A DNA stretch of 64,000 nt from Podarcis melisellensis (lineage: Eukaryota). This document shows, one piece after another, positions 1-14,575 of the stretch. Within the stretch, counting starts at the first letter, position 1. Each line of letters opens with the position of its first letter. The notes below the pieces were generated by a model. It saw only the letters and a list, made by a program, of their open reading frames with translations. It did not search any database and was not told the origin of the DNA. The position numbers were made by a program, and so were the translations under genes. The DNA lies in the NCBI GenBank assembly GCA_964234715.1, contig OZ174280.1; one strand, 5' to 3'.

Positions 1-414
1 AGCCCCTTATGCGTAAAGAAAAATTTAAAAATAATAATTTTAAAAAATAACCTTAGGACCACACTCCTTTCTGCGCAATCTTCCAGGGGCCACATGGCAA
101 TGGTGAGCAGGGACAGAAGCAAAGTTATACATAGTCAGAAGCAAAATTTATGTTACCTTTGTGCAGTAGGCTAGTTTCTGTACAAACTCACATCTTTATA
201 TTCAATCTCGGCAAACAAGAGGCACCATCAGAGATCCAGCACACATTCTAACTAGGCAAAAATAGCCAGGCAGTGGCAAGTAGCAGTTTGGCAGCAATTC
301 TTATATTTGGGGAAATGTTCACAAAAATGTCATTCTGTATGGCCCAGTCACAAGGGGTGAGATAGAGAGAGCCATCATCACCCTTACCTACTTTCCATCC
401 TCCTGTCATTTTGT

Positions 415-415
<1 letters not shown>

Positions 416-463
<48 letters not shown>

Positions 464-525
464 TATATATGCTGCCCATCTGACTGGATGGCCCCAGCCA
501 CTCTGGGCAGCTTCCAACATTAAAA
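416..525 (-). mobile_element. L2-clade LINE 3' end with (TAAA)n tail
   Basis: (TTAT)n at 416-463 followed by gctgcccatctgactggatggccccagccactctgggcagcttccaac, reverse-complement similar to the tail at ~3700-3786. Confidence 0.7.
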
Positions 526-3120
526 ACTGCCTATCTACTCTGAAGGAAGCCCATTGTGTTCAGTGGGACTTCCTCACAGGGTATATAGGACTGCAACCTA
601 AATAATAAAAATGAAAAAGTAGCCATTTTTCCCCCTGCTGCGTTTCGCCAGTCCAGGAACATGTCGCATTCTCTTGCTAGATTGCCAACAAGCTTGAAAA
701 ATCCTTGGATGCTGAAATTGCTAAGTATACACAAATGGTGCCACTGTGTCCTTAGTCTGTGCCAAAGCAAATTTCTAAAAGTTATGTAATTCTCCTCTGT
801 AGCAGTTGAATTAAGTCAAATGTTCTGCATGTTATGAGTTGCTAAAAGAGAAGCCTTCTCTACAGAGGACTGGAGTATATCAAAAATTTCACTGGCAGAT
901 GCCAGGGCATCAGGTTTCACAAACGTCTTAACATGGGTGTACTGGGTACGTTGAATTGTACTCCCTGTCACATTAGTGTGATGCTCTTGCTTATCGCTGT
1001 GCACTGGTTTCTAAAAATATGAGCTAAGCTATCTGAAATGCACTGTCTCCGTGGGGTCATCTGTGTGTCTGTAAAGGAAGGTCCAAAGAAAATTAACCAC
1101 CTCCCTCCCTCCTTCTTACAAAGCTTTTTAAGATTGTGTTTAATAGAGAACCTTCTGTATTGTTCCACTTTTAATTATCTACACCTTCTGATTACTGGAA
1201 TTCATGGAATATGTTGCTTCCTATGTAGGTCAGTATAAACTAGCAAATTTCCATTCACATGATCAGGAGTTGGTGTTTCAGTTGTGGCCACAATGCTAGA
1301 AAGAGTCCCTTCTGGGTGCTAGTCATGTATTTGAGAATCATCACCATTGGACACAGTGACCACAATCTAGCACAACATTAATTATGCTTAACCTATTGAA
1401 ATTGATTAGCTCTATTTTGGATTTTGACCAATGTTTTAAAGTTACTAAATATTTAATGAAACACACATTAAAACTGTACATCTATGAATGTTTACTTGGA
1501 GCTATTCTTCTGTTGCCCATTGAGGCTTACTCCCAAGTTAGGGTGTTTGTCATCAAAAGTCCATTTGTTATCAAGGCTGCAAATTGATACTGGGTTAATT
1601 TAGTACAAGTACCAGGTTGCTCATTCTAGCAGTATCCCTGGATTCACTCCTTCATGTTGATCTTCTCTCCCTTTAAGGTTTTTCCTTCTTGTGGAACATA
1701 GATGGCAGATGAAGCCTGGTTTTGTAGTGCTTGCACCCTTCTCAAAGATGAGAGCTTTTCATCTCTATTTCCTCTGTGCGTGCGCGCACAAACACACCTG
1801 TTACCTGCTGACTGATTTGTTTTGTTCTCTTCCCCTGCCCCGCTTATGTTTAATCATTCCAAACTGAAGTGTCAATCATGTTTGGCAGTGGCTCAGGTTT
1901 TTGCTATAGACCAATAGGTTCATGAAGTCCTAGACCAAACATTTTTTGAATGTTGTGTGCTGCCAAATGTTTGCAGTAAGTAGCCTTATAATAGCCCCAA
2001 ATTGGTTCTGGGTCTTTGTGAATGTGTTTGGCATTTAAAGTCCTTAACAATGTTTTAGGGTACTCTAGCATCCAGTAAGAACTACTGGTAGTTACATTTT
2101 GGGGATCACTTGAAATATTGCTCTGTTGCAGCAAGATGTTTGTAACAAAGCTCCATAGTTTATGAAGTCATATGAAAATATATGTACTTAGTATATCCTT
2201 TGAAAGCTTTCGGTTGATCTGCATAATTTTTTTCTTATGCAACTTTTTCGGTTGCAGAGATGAGAAAGATGTTAGCTATGTCTGCCTTCCAGAGAGTGTT
2301 GTTTACACTGATGGGATGTGTTTTCAAACTTAAAGTTGATCTTATATCTGACCTTAACTAAAAGACCAAGCTGCTAAAAATAGATAAGTAAATCATGAGG
2401 TGTGAATTCCACTCATGAAAAAGTTGCTTAAATGTGTATCAAGATTCACTTGCTCTCACAGCACCTCTGTTTATGTGCCATGTATGACAACTGTTTTTTC
2501 TATTAAGTTAGACACTTAACATCTTGGCTGAATATACCCTGATCAAGTAATCCCTGGACCAAGGTAAATTCGCAGAGCAAATACTACTAGAGTTGTGTTG
2601 GCTCTGTCGGGATTCACTGTAATCATTACGTCCTATCTCTGAGACTAATTTTTACTTGGTCTAATAATAATATTGCTGACTTTAATAGAGAACCTTATGA
2701 GAACTCAGGCCTGCAAAAGATTAAACCAGTGTGCCCAGAATCTTCTGGTATCTTGCCATTCTACCCCCCAAGTGCTGAGCCTAGATAGTCAGTCTGTGAT
2801 GTCTCATCATCAACAAGTTCCACACCTCATTCATCACTCTCAGTAGCTTTAGGCATTACTACAACAAAGAGTGGCATGGAGTTACCGCTTAGTGTGTACA
2901 TGAAAGTGAAAGCCCCAGTGGCAAAGATAAAATGATAGTTTAATCTGATGTGCCGTAAGTAGTGGTGGTTTTAATAGCACTGCTGCCTTTGTCCCTGTTC
3001 TGGCAATTAAGATAGGGAGTCTGCTGCCATTCAGATTCACAGGGAAGGAAGCTTATAATGCTAGCTAATGATGTGGGCTCTAAGTGGTGTTTTGGTAGAT
3101 TCTACTTGTGTGCAGTAGTA

Positions 3121-3362
3121 CAGTGGTACCTCGGTTTTCGAACGTAATCTCTTCCGGACAACCATTTGAGTTCCGAAATGTTCGAAAACCGAGGCGCAAA
3201 GGGCGGTCTGCAGATTTATAAACAATAATATATACACTCAGCAAAAGCTGTTGTTTGACTTCTGAGGCGTGTTCAAAAATGGAAGCATTTACTTCCGGGT
3301 TTATGGCGGCTGAGTTCCGAAACATTTGTCAACGGAAACTTTTGAAAACTGAGGTACCATTG
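3121..3362. mobile_element. Tc1/mariner-type MITE with TA target duplication
   Basis: TA|cagtggtacctcggttttcgaa ... tttgaaaactgaggtaccattg|TA: ~22-bp TIRs, no coding capacity. Confidence 0.88.
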
Positions 3363-3561
3363 TACCCTGCAGATAAAGTCTATAAGATATGTATAAACTG
3401 TAAAATTAATTCCAGAAACCTGAAGGGAAATGGTACAATTGTTGTAAACCACTCTGATATTTTTTTAAAAAAACTAATTAGCAGCATATAAATATTTCCA
3501 CGAATAATAAATAAATAAATAATTGTCTGATCTTCAATGTAGTGCTATACAGCAGGGATAA

Positions 3562-3786
3562 CAGTAGTGGTGCCCGCCCTGTGGAACACCCTCCCATCAG
3601 ATGTCAAGGAAATAAACAACTATCTGACTTTTAGAAGACATCTGAAGGCAGCCCTGTTTAGGGAAGTTTTTAATGTTTGATGTTTTATCGTACTTTTAAT
3701 ATTCTGTTGGGAGCCTTGCAAGATGGTTGGGGAGGACTGGCCAGATGGGTGGGGTATAAGTAATTAATAATAATAATAATAATAAT
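3562..3786 (+). mobile_element. L2-clade LINE 3' fragment (ORF2 C-terminus, 3' UTR, (AAT)n tail)
   Basis: Translates ..VVPALWNTLPSDVKEINNYLTFRRHLKAALFREVF, the typical L2 'AP.LWN.LP...F...LK..LF' terminus. Ends in a simple-repeat tail. Confidence 0.78.
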
Positions 3787-5346
3787 TTAATTAATTAATT
3801 ACAGTTCCTGATTAATCAAAGGTAACAATATGTGTCCATGCCGTCATTATAGCTTTTATGGGTAGTGTATAACTTTATGGATTGTTTATTTCAGTGAATT
3901 CTTATTGAAAAGATCTATTAAAACTACTACTAACTGCAGCCTGGACACTCTAACCTGTTTGAAATTCAAAGCGCAAAATTAGTGCAGTGGAAACCCTTTA
4001 GAGTTACAAAAATTAGCACATCCATTGCAGATTGTTTTCCAAATTTCCTTGAATGAGACAACTCACTATTATTCCCATCTCCGTATAGATGGAGGAGGAG
4101 AAGGGTTTACAGATGCGGCTACACAGTGAAACATGGCAGAGCTGGTTTTGAACTCAGGTCTTGAAAGTCCATGTTCAGATTTCAATCTGAGAGCAAAGTG
4201 ATATTCGAGTAGCACATATCATAGTGGATGCATTATGCTCATTTCTTGGTCAAAGTGCTTCAGGTTGTTCCTCTAGGGCAGGGGTAATCAGCTAGTTCTG
4301 AATCTCTGCGACATTCTGGTACAAGCTATTCCAGGGCCATGTTTCATGCAAGAGGCATATCTGCCATGGAAACATAGTTTCTAGCTGGGCTTAGTCATTT
4401 GCCATGCCATACAACAAAGGCTAACAGAAGTACGTACAGTATGTTGTGAATTCATCTACGTTTGGCTCCGGTTGATGCCAGCTCTTGTAATGGGAGATGA
4501 TTGGGCTTCCCAAAGTGACCTATTCCCAAAGTCACATGAGGGAGATTCCATTTGATGAGCAGGCAGATGATGGGTTGAGCAGGTGGCTTTGCAGGTTGCA
4601 CATTATGGACAGTTCAGTGCTTCACTATAGACAGTTCAACAAGTATACATGTTCACCATTTGTTTCTATTTATAGGGCATAACACCACACTAAAAAACGC
4701 ATCCCTTTCTCAGCTTCTGCATGCATAGTGAGTTGGCAGTATGATGCTTAATGAACCTGGGGAGATGCTACCCAAGACAGTTGATAGACAGTTAATCTGA
4801 CAGTTCTTCCTTTGATGCAGTTCTAATACCCTTCTAACATTTCTGTGTGTTGAGTGCATGTGATGTTCCCAGTGCATGTTACCAAGCACAGAAGACTGAT
4901 GAACCTGTTCTCAAGTCCATCACACATTTTTTTTTTTTGAGAATTAGATGCTGAAACACAATCCAGAGAACTAAACAACAGTTTTTAGTCACCCATCACA
5001 CACTGAAAACACTCCATGAAGTGTTTGAAGCTTCTTTTTTGAAACTCAGGGAATTTGAAAAAATCTGTTTGTGTTGTAGCATGATGTGTATGGAACTGAT
5101 GTTCAAAAATGAATAGGCTTTTTAAAAGTTCTTGCTTGACCTGTGTGCGTACAGATTTGTCTAGATTGTGACCCATCTCTCTTGTTTTGACCTGGGACAG
5201 TAAATTTGTAGCTATTGGGGTGGGGGTGGGGGAGAGAAAACCAATACAACAACCAGTTTGATTATGAAAGGCTGCATCAGATTTGATCACACATGAAACT
5301 CCTATGTCGCATATGCAATAAATCAATAAAGTTAGATATGAGCCAG

Positions 5347-5348
<2 letters not shown>

Positions 5349-5417
<69 letters not shown>

Positions 5418-5431
5418 TGTGTGTGTGTGTG
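5349..5431. repeat. Compound microsatellite (TC)n(GT)n
   Basis: (TC) run 5349-5414, then (GT) run 5415-5431. Confidence 0.97.
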
Positions 5432-6547
5432 ATTAAGTTGGCTTACTACCAAGAAGTATTTAATTACAGTTGTGTCTCATTAGTCAAGAGTAATTTCTCA
5501 TCATATATTTCATTAAATGTGTATAAAGTAGGTATTTTGGCTGATATTCAAAGGACCATGCAACTAGTTCTGTGCTACCAATGGATATTTGGATTTTCTG
5601 TTTCTTAAACAACAGTTGCCCGGGCCACAGAGTTGTTTTGCAAAGCTAAGGAGTGTGTCTGGTGTTAAAAGGAAGAAAATAAAAGAAGTCAAAAAGTACA
5701 CTGAGTTACTGTAAGCCTTTGTACTCACCTAAATTTGGGGGTCTTTTTTACCATTTATATTTTGCTTTTAATTTTATGTCCAACAAAAGGTATGGAGCAG
5801 TTCTTTATATCTTGCCCTTTGCCTGTGAAACTTTCATTTATTTATATTTACATTGACTTGGAAACTGTGTTCTAAATCCTAGATGTTGAAGTTAAGCATT
5901 CCACAGATTGCATTTCTCAGTTCCTTTTGTTTTCAAACCAGAATTATTAGCTGTCATTGTTTAAGCGATATTATATATTAATCTCATATTTTCCTTTACA
6001 AGTATCTTAAATGCATATCCACCACATTCATGTAGATAGTTTCAGTGCTGTCGCTCAGATTGAAGCGCCTGATATTGAAATAATTGGTTTTTCGGTTAAT
6101 TGACTTGGCATCCTACAAAGGGACTTCGTGGCATATTTAAAAGTATTTCTGAATTCATTTCGTGGATTGTGGAAACCAGAATGCAGATTGTTAATGTGCA
6201 GGGTTAAATATAGAGAATGGTACTTTTACTGTTCTCATTTATAACTATGTTTAAATGGCTGGTGTGCCTACAGGCATAGCTAACTAACTGAATCAGTCAG
6301 GCACAAGAGGTGCTTTGGTCTGATAGGAAGAACAGGTTTTCCCTGAAGTACTTTTGATCAAGTTCCCACTGAAAACTGGATTGGCTGGCACACAGGTTTC
6401 TGTTTTGACTTCACAATGTAAATTCCAGATGGAGCATCATTTTTCTCACAACAGCTTCCTTGAATTCTATACATTGGCATAGTTCTGTTTCATGGATACT
6501 ATTACAGCTGTGTTTTTTTCTTTATGTGCCCCAAATTGACCCAATAT

Positions 6548-6618
6548 TTTGAGGAAGATGTCTGTTAGTTTCCATTTATTCCATTTGAGGAAGATGTCTG
6601 TTAGTTTCCATTTATTCC
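6548..6618. repeat. 36-bp-period tandem duplication (2 copies)
   Basis: tttgaggaagatgtctgttagtttccatttattcc occurs at 6548 and 6584. Confidence 0.93.
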
Positions 6619-6740
6619 TCTTGGGTTTTATGCCACTTTTCCACACACAAACCCTTTCCCACAGGGTGAATAGCATTTTATTCAATTACAATGAGAAATA
6701 ACATTTCCAAGCAATTTTTATTTTATTTTAAATTGTAATA

Positions 6741-6982
6741 CAGTGGTACCTCGGGTTACATACGCTTCAGGTTACATACGCTTCAGGTTACAGACTCCAC
6801 TAACCCAGAAATATTACCTTGGGTTAAGAACTTTGCTTCAGGATGAGAACAGAAATCGTGCAGCGGCGGCACAGCGGCGGCAGGAGGCCCCATTATCTAA
6901 AGTGGTGCTTCAGGTTAAGAACAGTTTCAGGTTAAGAACAGACCTCCGGAATGAATTAAGTACGTAACCAGAGGTACCACTG
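6741..6982. mobile_element. Tc1/mariner-type MITE, family A (inverted relative to the other three copies)
   Basis: TA|cagtggtacctcgggtta ... taaccagaggtaccactg|TA. Reverse complement of the copies at 14576, 17068 and 51553. Confidence 0.92.
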
Positions 6983-9900
6983 TATAAGAAAACAGTGAAA
7001 GTACAGAATCAGGGAGCAACACAGCAACTTCAAGACGAAATACAGAAAATGGTGTCCTTTATTAGTGACCATCAAAAAGAAGAGACACAAGGGGTGAAAT
7101 GTATTTTCCAAGCCAAGGGATGAAATTCTAGACCCGTGGTGCCATTGTGGAGAAGACCCTGGCATAAATACTCTTTCAGCAGCTGTGCCATTTGCTATCT
7201 TCTCTTGGCAGGGATCTAACACTCAGAGGGGCAGAAGTTAAAGTTTGTATAGAAGGTTCTGCTTTCTGACCCCATGAAGCTCAGGCTTAAAGACTGTTCT
7301 CTAAAATGAGAGATGTCATCTTGGTCATGTCTTCTAACCTCAAAGTTTTGTCTTTTTGTTGCTTATTCGTTTACAACAGAATGGGATAATTTTTTGTGTT
7401 ATAGAATCCTATGCTCCAGGATGCAGAACTCAGTATGTGTGTGAACCGGTGGGTTCTCCACCTCCATACTGCCAAGATGCACCTTTTATTGTTGGCTCTT
7501 TAAAATCTATTAAATGAGTGGGGTATTTTTTGAAACTTACATGATACAACCATAAAATGTTAATGGTGGTAAGAAACAGGGCAAAAAAGCACTACATGCA
7601 GAGTCATTGGTAGCAGTGACAGTCTTGTTCCTAATATATCAAAGGAGTCCCTATCTCCTACTTTGTAACCCAGGGGGATGCCAATGTAGTGCTTGTGGTT
7701 GCCTGTGTGCCCACCAATAACTCCTGTAGCAGCTGTGAAATGTCTTGGTTTCCACAATGCATGAGATTCCTCTTTGCACTGGCTCATCGTCTTCTACATG
7801 TCTCCATAGCAGCCATTTTGTGTTACACCACACTTCCATGACAATCATTTTTTGACTGGAGCCTTCAGCAGTTTCTCAAAATTCCAAATGCATCCACTGG
7901 CCCTAAAAGGTTGGTGACTCTTGCTTTAACCCATCCCACTGGCTAGCAGCAAAGAGGCATGGGTGAAATCACAGGATGATTCCCCTAGCAGTACAGTAAT
8001 GTCCCGATGCTTCATAATGCAGTACAGGCCCAGGACAACATGAGTCATCTTTATTTGTCCTAAGCACTCCATCCTCCTCATGTGGAATTTGGGCCTGAAA
8101 GGAAAAGCATGGATGCCTGGAGTGTAAGTTGTAAGCAAGCACATTTTGTGATATTGCATAGCATCATTGCTGATCACAGTGCACATCTGTTAAGACCTTG
8201 GCTTTAGCCTCCAATCTGTGAGGTTTGTGGAGTTTGGTTTGAGGTGTTATGCATTTTCTTACCGGTGGTGTTATCTGAAATTTGGTGTTGGTTACAATGG
8301 ACTCTAAAGCATTATCTCCAAAAGAAGGCATCAAAGAATATTTCTAGATATTTCTCTGTTCCAGATTCTGTCTGTAAATCCAGTTAGTATTTTGTGTAAA
8401 ACTACTGTGCAATGGTAGCCCTGGGTGTCAATTAGAGAGGGCGAGGGGGATTTCCCTCCTTAGTGCTGCACACATGATTATTTCTCAGTGGTTCTAACTT
8501 CACACAAAGCAACCATGTTAAAACAATTAAGTGCATTATGTTAAAACAATTAAATGTGCTATGTACAATTTAAGGAATGCATGCCAAATGCTCACATTAT
8601 TGGCTTCTTAAAAAGGTGTGGCAGTCCTGTGTTGGCAATGTTTCTATAGTTACTCTGATATTTATAAAAATTGCCTTAACACACTGCTTTTTTGCTGTTT
8701 AACCTTGAATGTGTCCAAGAGCTCAGATTTGACCTTGCTGGAGCTTACTCCTCCTTGCTAAAAATATATTTCCTTCTCCCACTGAAATCTGAAGGTGCCC
8801 CTGGAAGGTAGTTTTTTATTTCACACTGGTGAATGGGCACACTTTAAACATAAAAGTTGTTTTTATGGGCATTCTATCCTATTTCACAGTTCACTAAAAG
8901 CTCTTTAGGTTTTTAATTAGTGATGTTTAGTTAGTATTCATGCTTATTTGAAACTAAGTATCCCTTAAATTCCCCAAGCAAAGTGTGTTTGTTTAGAAGA
9001 TTTACTTAACATCTCCAGTGGCACAAGACATTTTCATGTTCTTTGTTCTGAGGTAAAAAAGAAACCTAGTCTCAAATCCTCCTGCAAATCACTTTAAAAC
9101 AACAATTCCAGCTTGGAAAGTCTCTCTCTCTCTGTTCCATAGAAAAATCGCTTTCCTTGAGCTGCGTAAGAAATAAGTGTTGATGTACTAACTATATAAT
9201 CCTAAATGGCAACCTGTTTTGAAGTAGCCAAACATATATTTGCTATACTTTCCACTAAACTTTTCCCTCAAAGTAACTTCCCCCCATATATTTTCATAGG
9301 ATTTGTCTTTACAAATTCTGATGTTGAGTATTTGTTTAGCATTTGACATCCAATATCTAATGGGATTTAATATTTGGTGTTCCTTATTTGATATTTGACA
9401 GCATTATATATTTAACAGCCATTGGCCATTTTATATTTAATGTTCAGCAGTTTATAGTCTATATTTTATAATCGTAGCTTTTATATTCTGCATTGGCAGT
9501 CCAGACTCAGAAACAGGCTTCATCCCTATCGGATGCATTAGAGGATGTTGTGAATAGGAAAAGTCCACTTCTGTTATGGGGGAAGATTTTGCATCTATCA
9601 TGCACACACCACTAAACAGACAAGTGGCCTGTCAGCAGTAATAGCATCAAACACCAGTCAGTTTGAAAGTAGAGGGACAAATTCCAGGCACTCCCTCCCT
9701 TCTCTAAAAGTGATCAGCATTGTCAAATCTGACAACGCTAACTACCCTTGTTTTCCCTGAATGATGAATATTTTGGTGGTGGTTTTTTGAGAACAAAAAC
9801 CTTTACGAACTATCAACAGTATTCTCCCCAATGTGATTTAGTAGACGTTCATTCAGTGGTGCATTGACGTCCTATAACAAGAACTTTATTTATAATCTGA

Positions 9901-12449
9901 AGTGTTTATGCTGAGTGTGAGATGACTGGTTCCAAAACTTACATTAATTTAAAGGAATGGGTAACCCATCCTACTCCCCTGAGTGACGCAGCAGCCATAA
10001 CGGTGGGATACATGGGACAAGCATAAATAGAGCACAAAATATATACCAGTATGTGAGTTGCTTTCTGATATCCCATCCAAGCATTTTTAATATCTTCACA
10101 CCTGGTATGGATTAAGGAAATGGCAGTGAGGTTTAACCAGGACTGTTTTGCCAAGTTCCTTTCTCTATATATGTCAAGAATAAATGACTGACAGAATTTA
10201 TCCAGTCAGCACATCCCCAAGCTTACTCACATTTTGTGGAGGCTTGTGAGGTTTAAAAGGCCCAGTTCTCTGTGTGTGTTCCCACTCTTGGGTTAAAAAT
10301 TCCAATCTGAAACAAAAGCCTAAGCAAAATATAACCTTAGCCTGCTTTTCATAATAGTTGGTGAAAACTCAAACCTGATTAGAGTTCTTTTCTTCTTCTA
10401 AAATACTGATTCTGATTTCTATCAAGATTCCTGAGAACTGCACTTTGAAAACACTGTGGCCCCAAGAGAACGGACCCTTCGGGTTTTGGAGATGCAAATA
10501 GATCAAATTTGCATGCTATTGCCTCTTCTCTGTGATACTACAGGGAAGTGCAAGCCTGGCCCTTAAATGAACAGAAGGCCAGCCCTGAAATGCAGGAGTG
10601 GGGACTGGATCTGGGAGGTGGGCCAGATCCTTATCTCCACACACCCCTTCAGGCTCTGTCTACCTGTCGGTTACCTGACATCACAAAGATGTTGGGTGAA
10701 CCCTGTGAGCTGTTAGTTGACCACTGTGGAGCATAACAGAAGTGCTGAGCATAGGACTTCCCAAATGTAGCTGATACCATTTGGGAATTGCTGCACAAGT
10801 GGCTTTGAAGGCACTGCCAATCAGCTGATTGACATTGCCTGCAAAAGCCTCTTTTCTCCAATCCTATCTTCACCTGCCCCATATACAAACATCAGGTTTG
10901 GGACCGGTGGGTGTGGCCAAATGTAAAGGCCTGGTGGGTCTAATTAGGCCCATGGGCTGCAGGTTCCCCAGCGCTCCTGAATTGCTTCTCACCTTGAAGA
11001 AATGGCACATTATGTATTACAAACTGAAGCACCACTGGACTATGTAGAATTATTCTCAAGATGGCCCAATTGATTTGCTATTTTATCAGTGAAGTATGAT
11101 GTTTACCTCCAACTAACTTATCACCCTGGTAATATTTGAAGGTTAGAATTCTATAGAACAGGCAGATAATACTTCTACTGCTTATGACAGGGTTGCCAGT
11201 TTAGATAAGATGGGACACTAGCATGGGTGGTGCTACCATTATGAGCTGCTTGGCCACAACTTTCTGGCCTTCAAACTCTATTAGAGCAACTTGGACCAAG
11301 AGGAAGCGGGAAATATCCCATGCAGGTAATACATGAATTTGGCTGAGTGGTAAGTTTAGACTAAGAAATTGTATACTTCAGGAAATGGGCATGCATACGA
11401 GGGTTTGAAACACCTCAAGACTAGGGTCAAATTCACATTCTGTACAACCATGAGTATCCCAGCGGACATGACATGGGGATGAAATAACATCTGGGCAGGT
11501 GCAAACTCGTTGACAGGAATTCCTTCCTGGCCTTGATTTACATGAGCATGAGGACTGGATTTAGAATTTTGACTTGCCATGCACATGCAAATTATTACCA
11601 AGAAGCCGTTCCTGTCAACGTGCCATTCTGGGTCAGGCCTTTGTTCACCATGCCATTTTTTTTACAGTGTTTGAACCTATGTATATGTAATCAGACATGC
11701 AGGGAAGTTTGCAAAAACATCAACTAAATATGTGGGCTTTCAGTGCTTTCCTCACCTATTCAACACAGAAACCTGGTGATTACTGTGGCTATACAGAGGG
11801 ACAAGGTAATAAAGTTATGGTTTGCAGTGCAGGGAGAAAGATATTCGATAAATACTCTATGAAGAGCTAGTGGTGGAAGATCTTGCCTCCCAATGTTTCT
11901 TCAGATTCTTATCTCATTCTAGGCCATTGATTCTTTCTGAGTAACATCTCTGTCTTGGCTTCTTCATAAAACAGAGATTTCAAGGTCTCACAACAGTGAT
12001 CAATATAACTCTTTAGTGTGTCTCCACAAAAGAATAATCTTCTTTACAGTCTCAGATAGATGACTCACTTGAGTGGCGTATCTAGTGCTGGGTGATGAAA
12101 GATGAACACTTTTGGTTTCATCAGTGCCAAGACTCCAATTGAGTTGTCATTGCAGTAACAATTACTGTATATCCATACTGAAAACCAGACTTCCACTGAA
12201 AGGCATATATAATATAATTATCTCTAAAGCAAATACCATTGGAATAAATGCATGCTACTTTCTATTATTAATGCCGTGAGGAAGCTTTGTATCTGACCAA
12301 ATAAACTTTGAATAGACCCATTACGATCACTGAATTTAAGTGTGTAACTAGATTTGGTCCATTGATCCCAATGGGTTAAGTGTCTAAATATCACGTAAGA
12401 CTCAGCTACATTAGTAAAAAAACAGCGTTTTGAATGTTATAAACATGCA

Positions 12450-12464
12450 ACACCAGATGGCGCT
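12450..12464 (+). promoter_or_regulatory. Candidate CTCF-binding site
   Basis: acaccagatggcgct matches the core consensus CCASYAGRKGGCRS at 13 of 14 positions, with the CpG retained. Motif match only. Confidence 0.5.
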
Positions 12465-12466
12465 GG

Positions 12467-12516
<50 letters not shown>
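12467..12516. repeat. (AAT)n microsatellite
   Basis: Perfect trinucleotide run. Confidence 0.97.
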
Positions 12517-14575
12517 TCTGAGCAATCTTCCATAGCTTTCTTTTTCTTTTGTTATAACAATTTAATTTCTGACTTATTTATAGTGGGTTTTCCCCTCCTG
12601 TGTGTAGGTCCACCCTTAGTCAGATACAACCCATAATTCTTAATCAAAAAATGATCAGTGTGTATTTTACAATAATTTTCTTTAATTTAAAAAGTGATAT
12701 ATAAAATATATACGCAAGTGTTAAACAATACCGAGCTATTTATGAAGCTGAAAGCAAATAAAATCAAAATGTTGTTTTAAAAGAATTAACTGGAAACTTG
12801 TTATAAGGAATCTAGCACAGTACTTCTCAAAAAAAAAATTGTGGACCTTTTAAAAAATACTAATACATTTTTTTTCTTTAGCACTGGCATTGTCATCAAA
12901 GCCACTATCCTGTTATGAGAATTATGGGCCTTAAGCCTGGCTGCTGAGAAGGGCTCCTTTACCTGGTAAATTTTTAGGGGGAAATTAGCAGACAGCACAA
13001 GGGCTATGCTATGAAAATCGTGTGCCCCAGGCCATAGACCTGGTCAACAGAAAAAATAAATGAAACAAGTACAGCATCAAGTATAGATATTCTTGGAGGT
13101 TCTGCAACCTTTCTGCAGACCAAGAAATTCTAATTTGAGAAAGTAAATAAATAACAGAAGCAATGCAATGAGAAACATGGGAGTACGGCTTTGGCCAAAG
13201 CTGAAGCAAAAGTAAAAAACAGAATGAGCAATGTGGTTTGGATCAAGCATCCCTTGTAGAGAGAGATGCTCAGAAGAGTGTGTGGTGCTGATGTGTTTTT
13301 TTTTTCTTTTGATTTTCCTTTGCCTCCTGCAGCTGCTTGTGTCATCCCAGAATCTGTTTAGGAAGGTTAAATCTCCAGAGCAGATTTCTCTGTGTGAGTG
13401 CAAGTTGCAAGATGCCCCCACTGGATAAAATAACTTTATAAGAAGCTCTTCCATTCATGGAACTCAAAGCCTGCATCCAACACATTATTTATTGGCAGAC
13501 TCTCAAAAGAACTGTATTATCTTATTATTACTAGAAAGCAAACAATAGACAAGAAACAAAAATATTTCATTATAAATGTGCATTGTTTTATAAGCAGAAT
13601 ATACATTTATATTTATAAATACCCATACAACATTTTGTTTTTCCATATTTTCTGTTATTTCAACACCCAACTGGCCATCCAAAACACTTTTATATAATTT
13701 TAATCCTACAAAATATTCTGAGACAATTTCCCTGTTTCTAAATCTCATGGAAATTTTGGCATTCAGATTACCTGACTATATGGTACCTCTTTTAGACAAT
13801 ATATCATTTATATTGCCTTAAAATTCTTGGCTTCATGGTGCCATGTATGTTAAAAGCTGGTTCCATGAAAACATTTATGGATGAATTATAATGCTTTCAG
13901 CCTCTGTGTTTACATTGGGAATACTTGGCTGACTTTTAAATAAACTTTACTACCAGGTGGGCTTGAAAGAGAACTTTTTTCCCCTTTTGTGTGTGTGTGT
14001 TCATGTGTTTGTGGGGTTTTTTTTACAATGAGAGTGTAGTGTCCTTACTATGCTTGACTTTATTGGCTTTACATAAACACCTGATTCAGTTAAAACCTAA
14101 CTTTTTTAATACAAGCAGAGTGGAATTCAGTGCCACAATCAGCAAAAACATTACTCCTTGGCTGACAGAACAGTCTCTCCCCCCACAACCCTGCCACTGC
14201 CAAGCTGTCGTAGGGCTTCTCTCAATCCCCCAAAGCAGATTTGGGAAGGTGGGTTGAGAAGCCCAATTACACTAGCAGGAGTTTCTAGTATTTTCAAAGT
14301 CAACTGTGCCAATAATTTGTTTGTGCTCATACACACACAAGTAAGCATGGATGCCTGTATAGTTTGAACAGCTGCTTTTGTCTTCAGTGTAATTTTGGTC
14401 TTAAAACTGGTATTAACATTCAACACCTTTGAAAGCACATCACATTTTTCAAATTTTGGCAAGTCATGAGGATGTGCTGTAGGAAGTAGAAAGGGACTTT
14501 GAGACTTGGAAGCTCCGGTAGAAGATTATAGCTTGCCATATGGCTACCTGAGCCCAAACCTCTTATATTACATTA

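Noticed and set aside
4985-5452. 155-aa ORF with RE repeats (also 12430-12636 poly-N and 25893-26371 HSFI repeats)
   Set aside because: Translations of microsatellites.
6548-6618. 36-bp direct repeats (also 29482, ~8516, 62366) as a CRISPR-like array
   Set aside because: Two abutting copies without spacers in eukaryotic DNA; ordinary slippage duplications.
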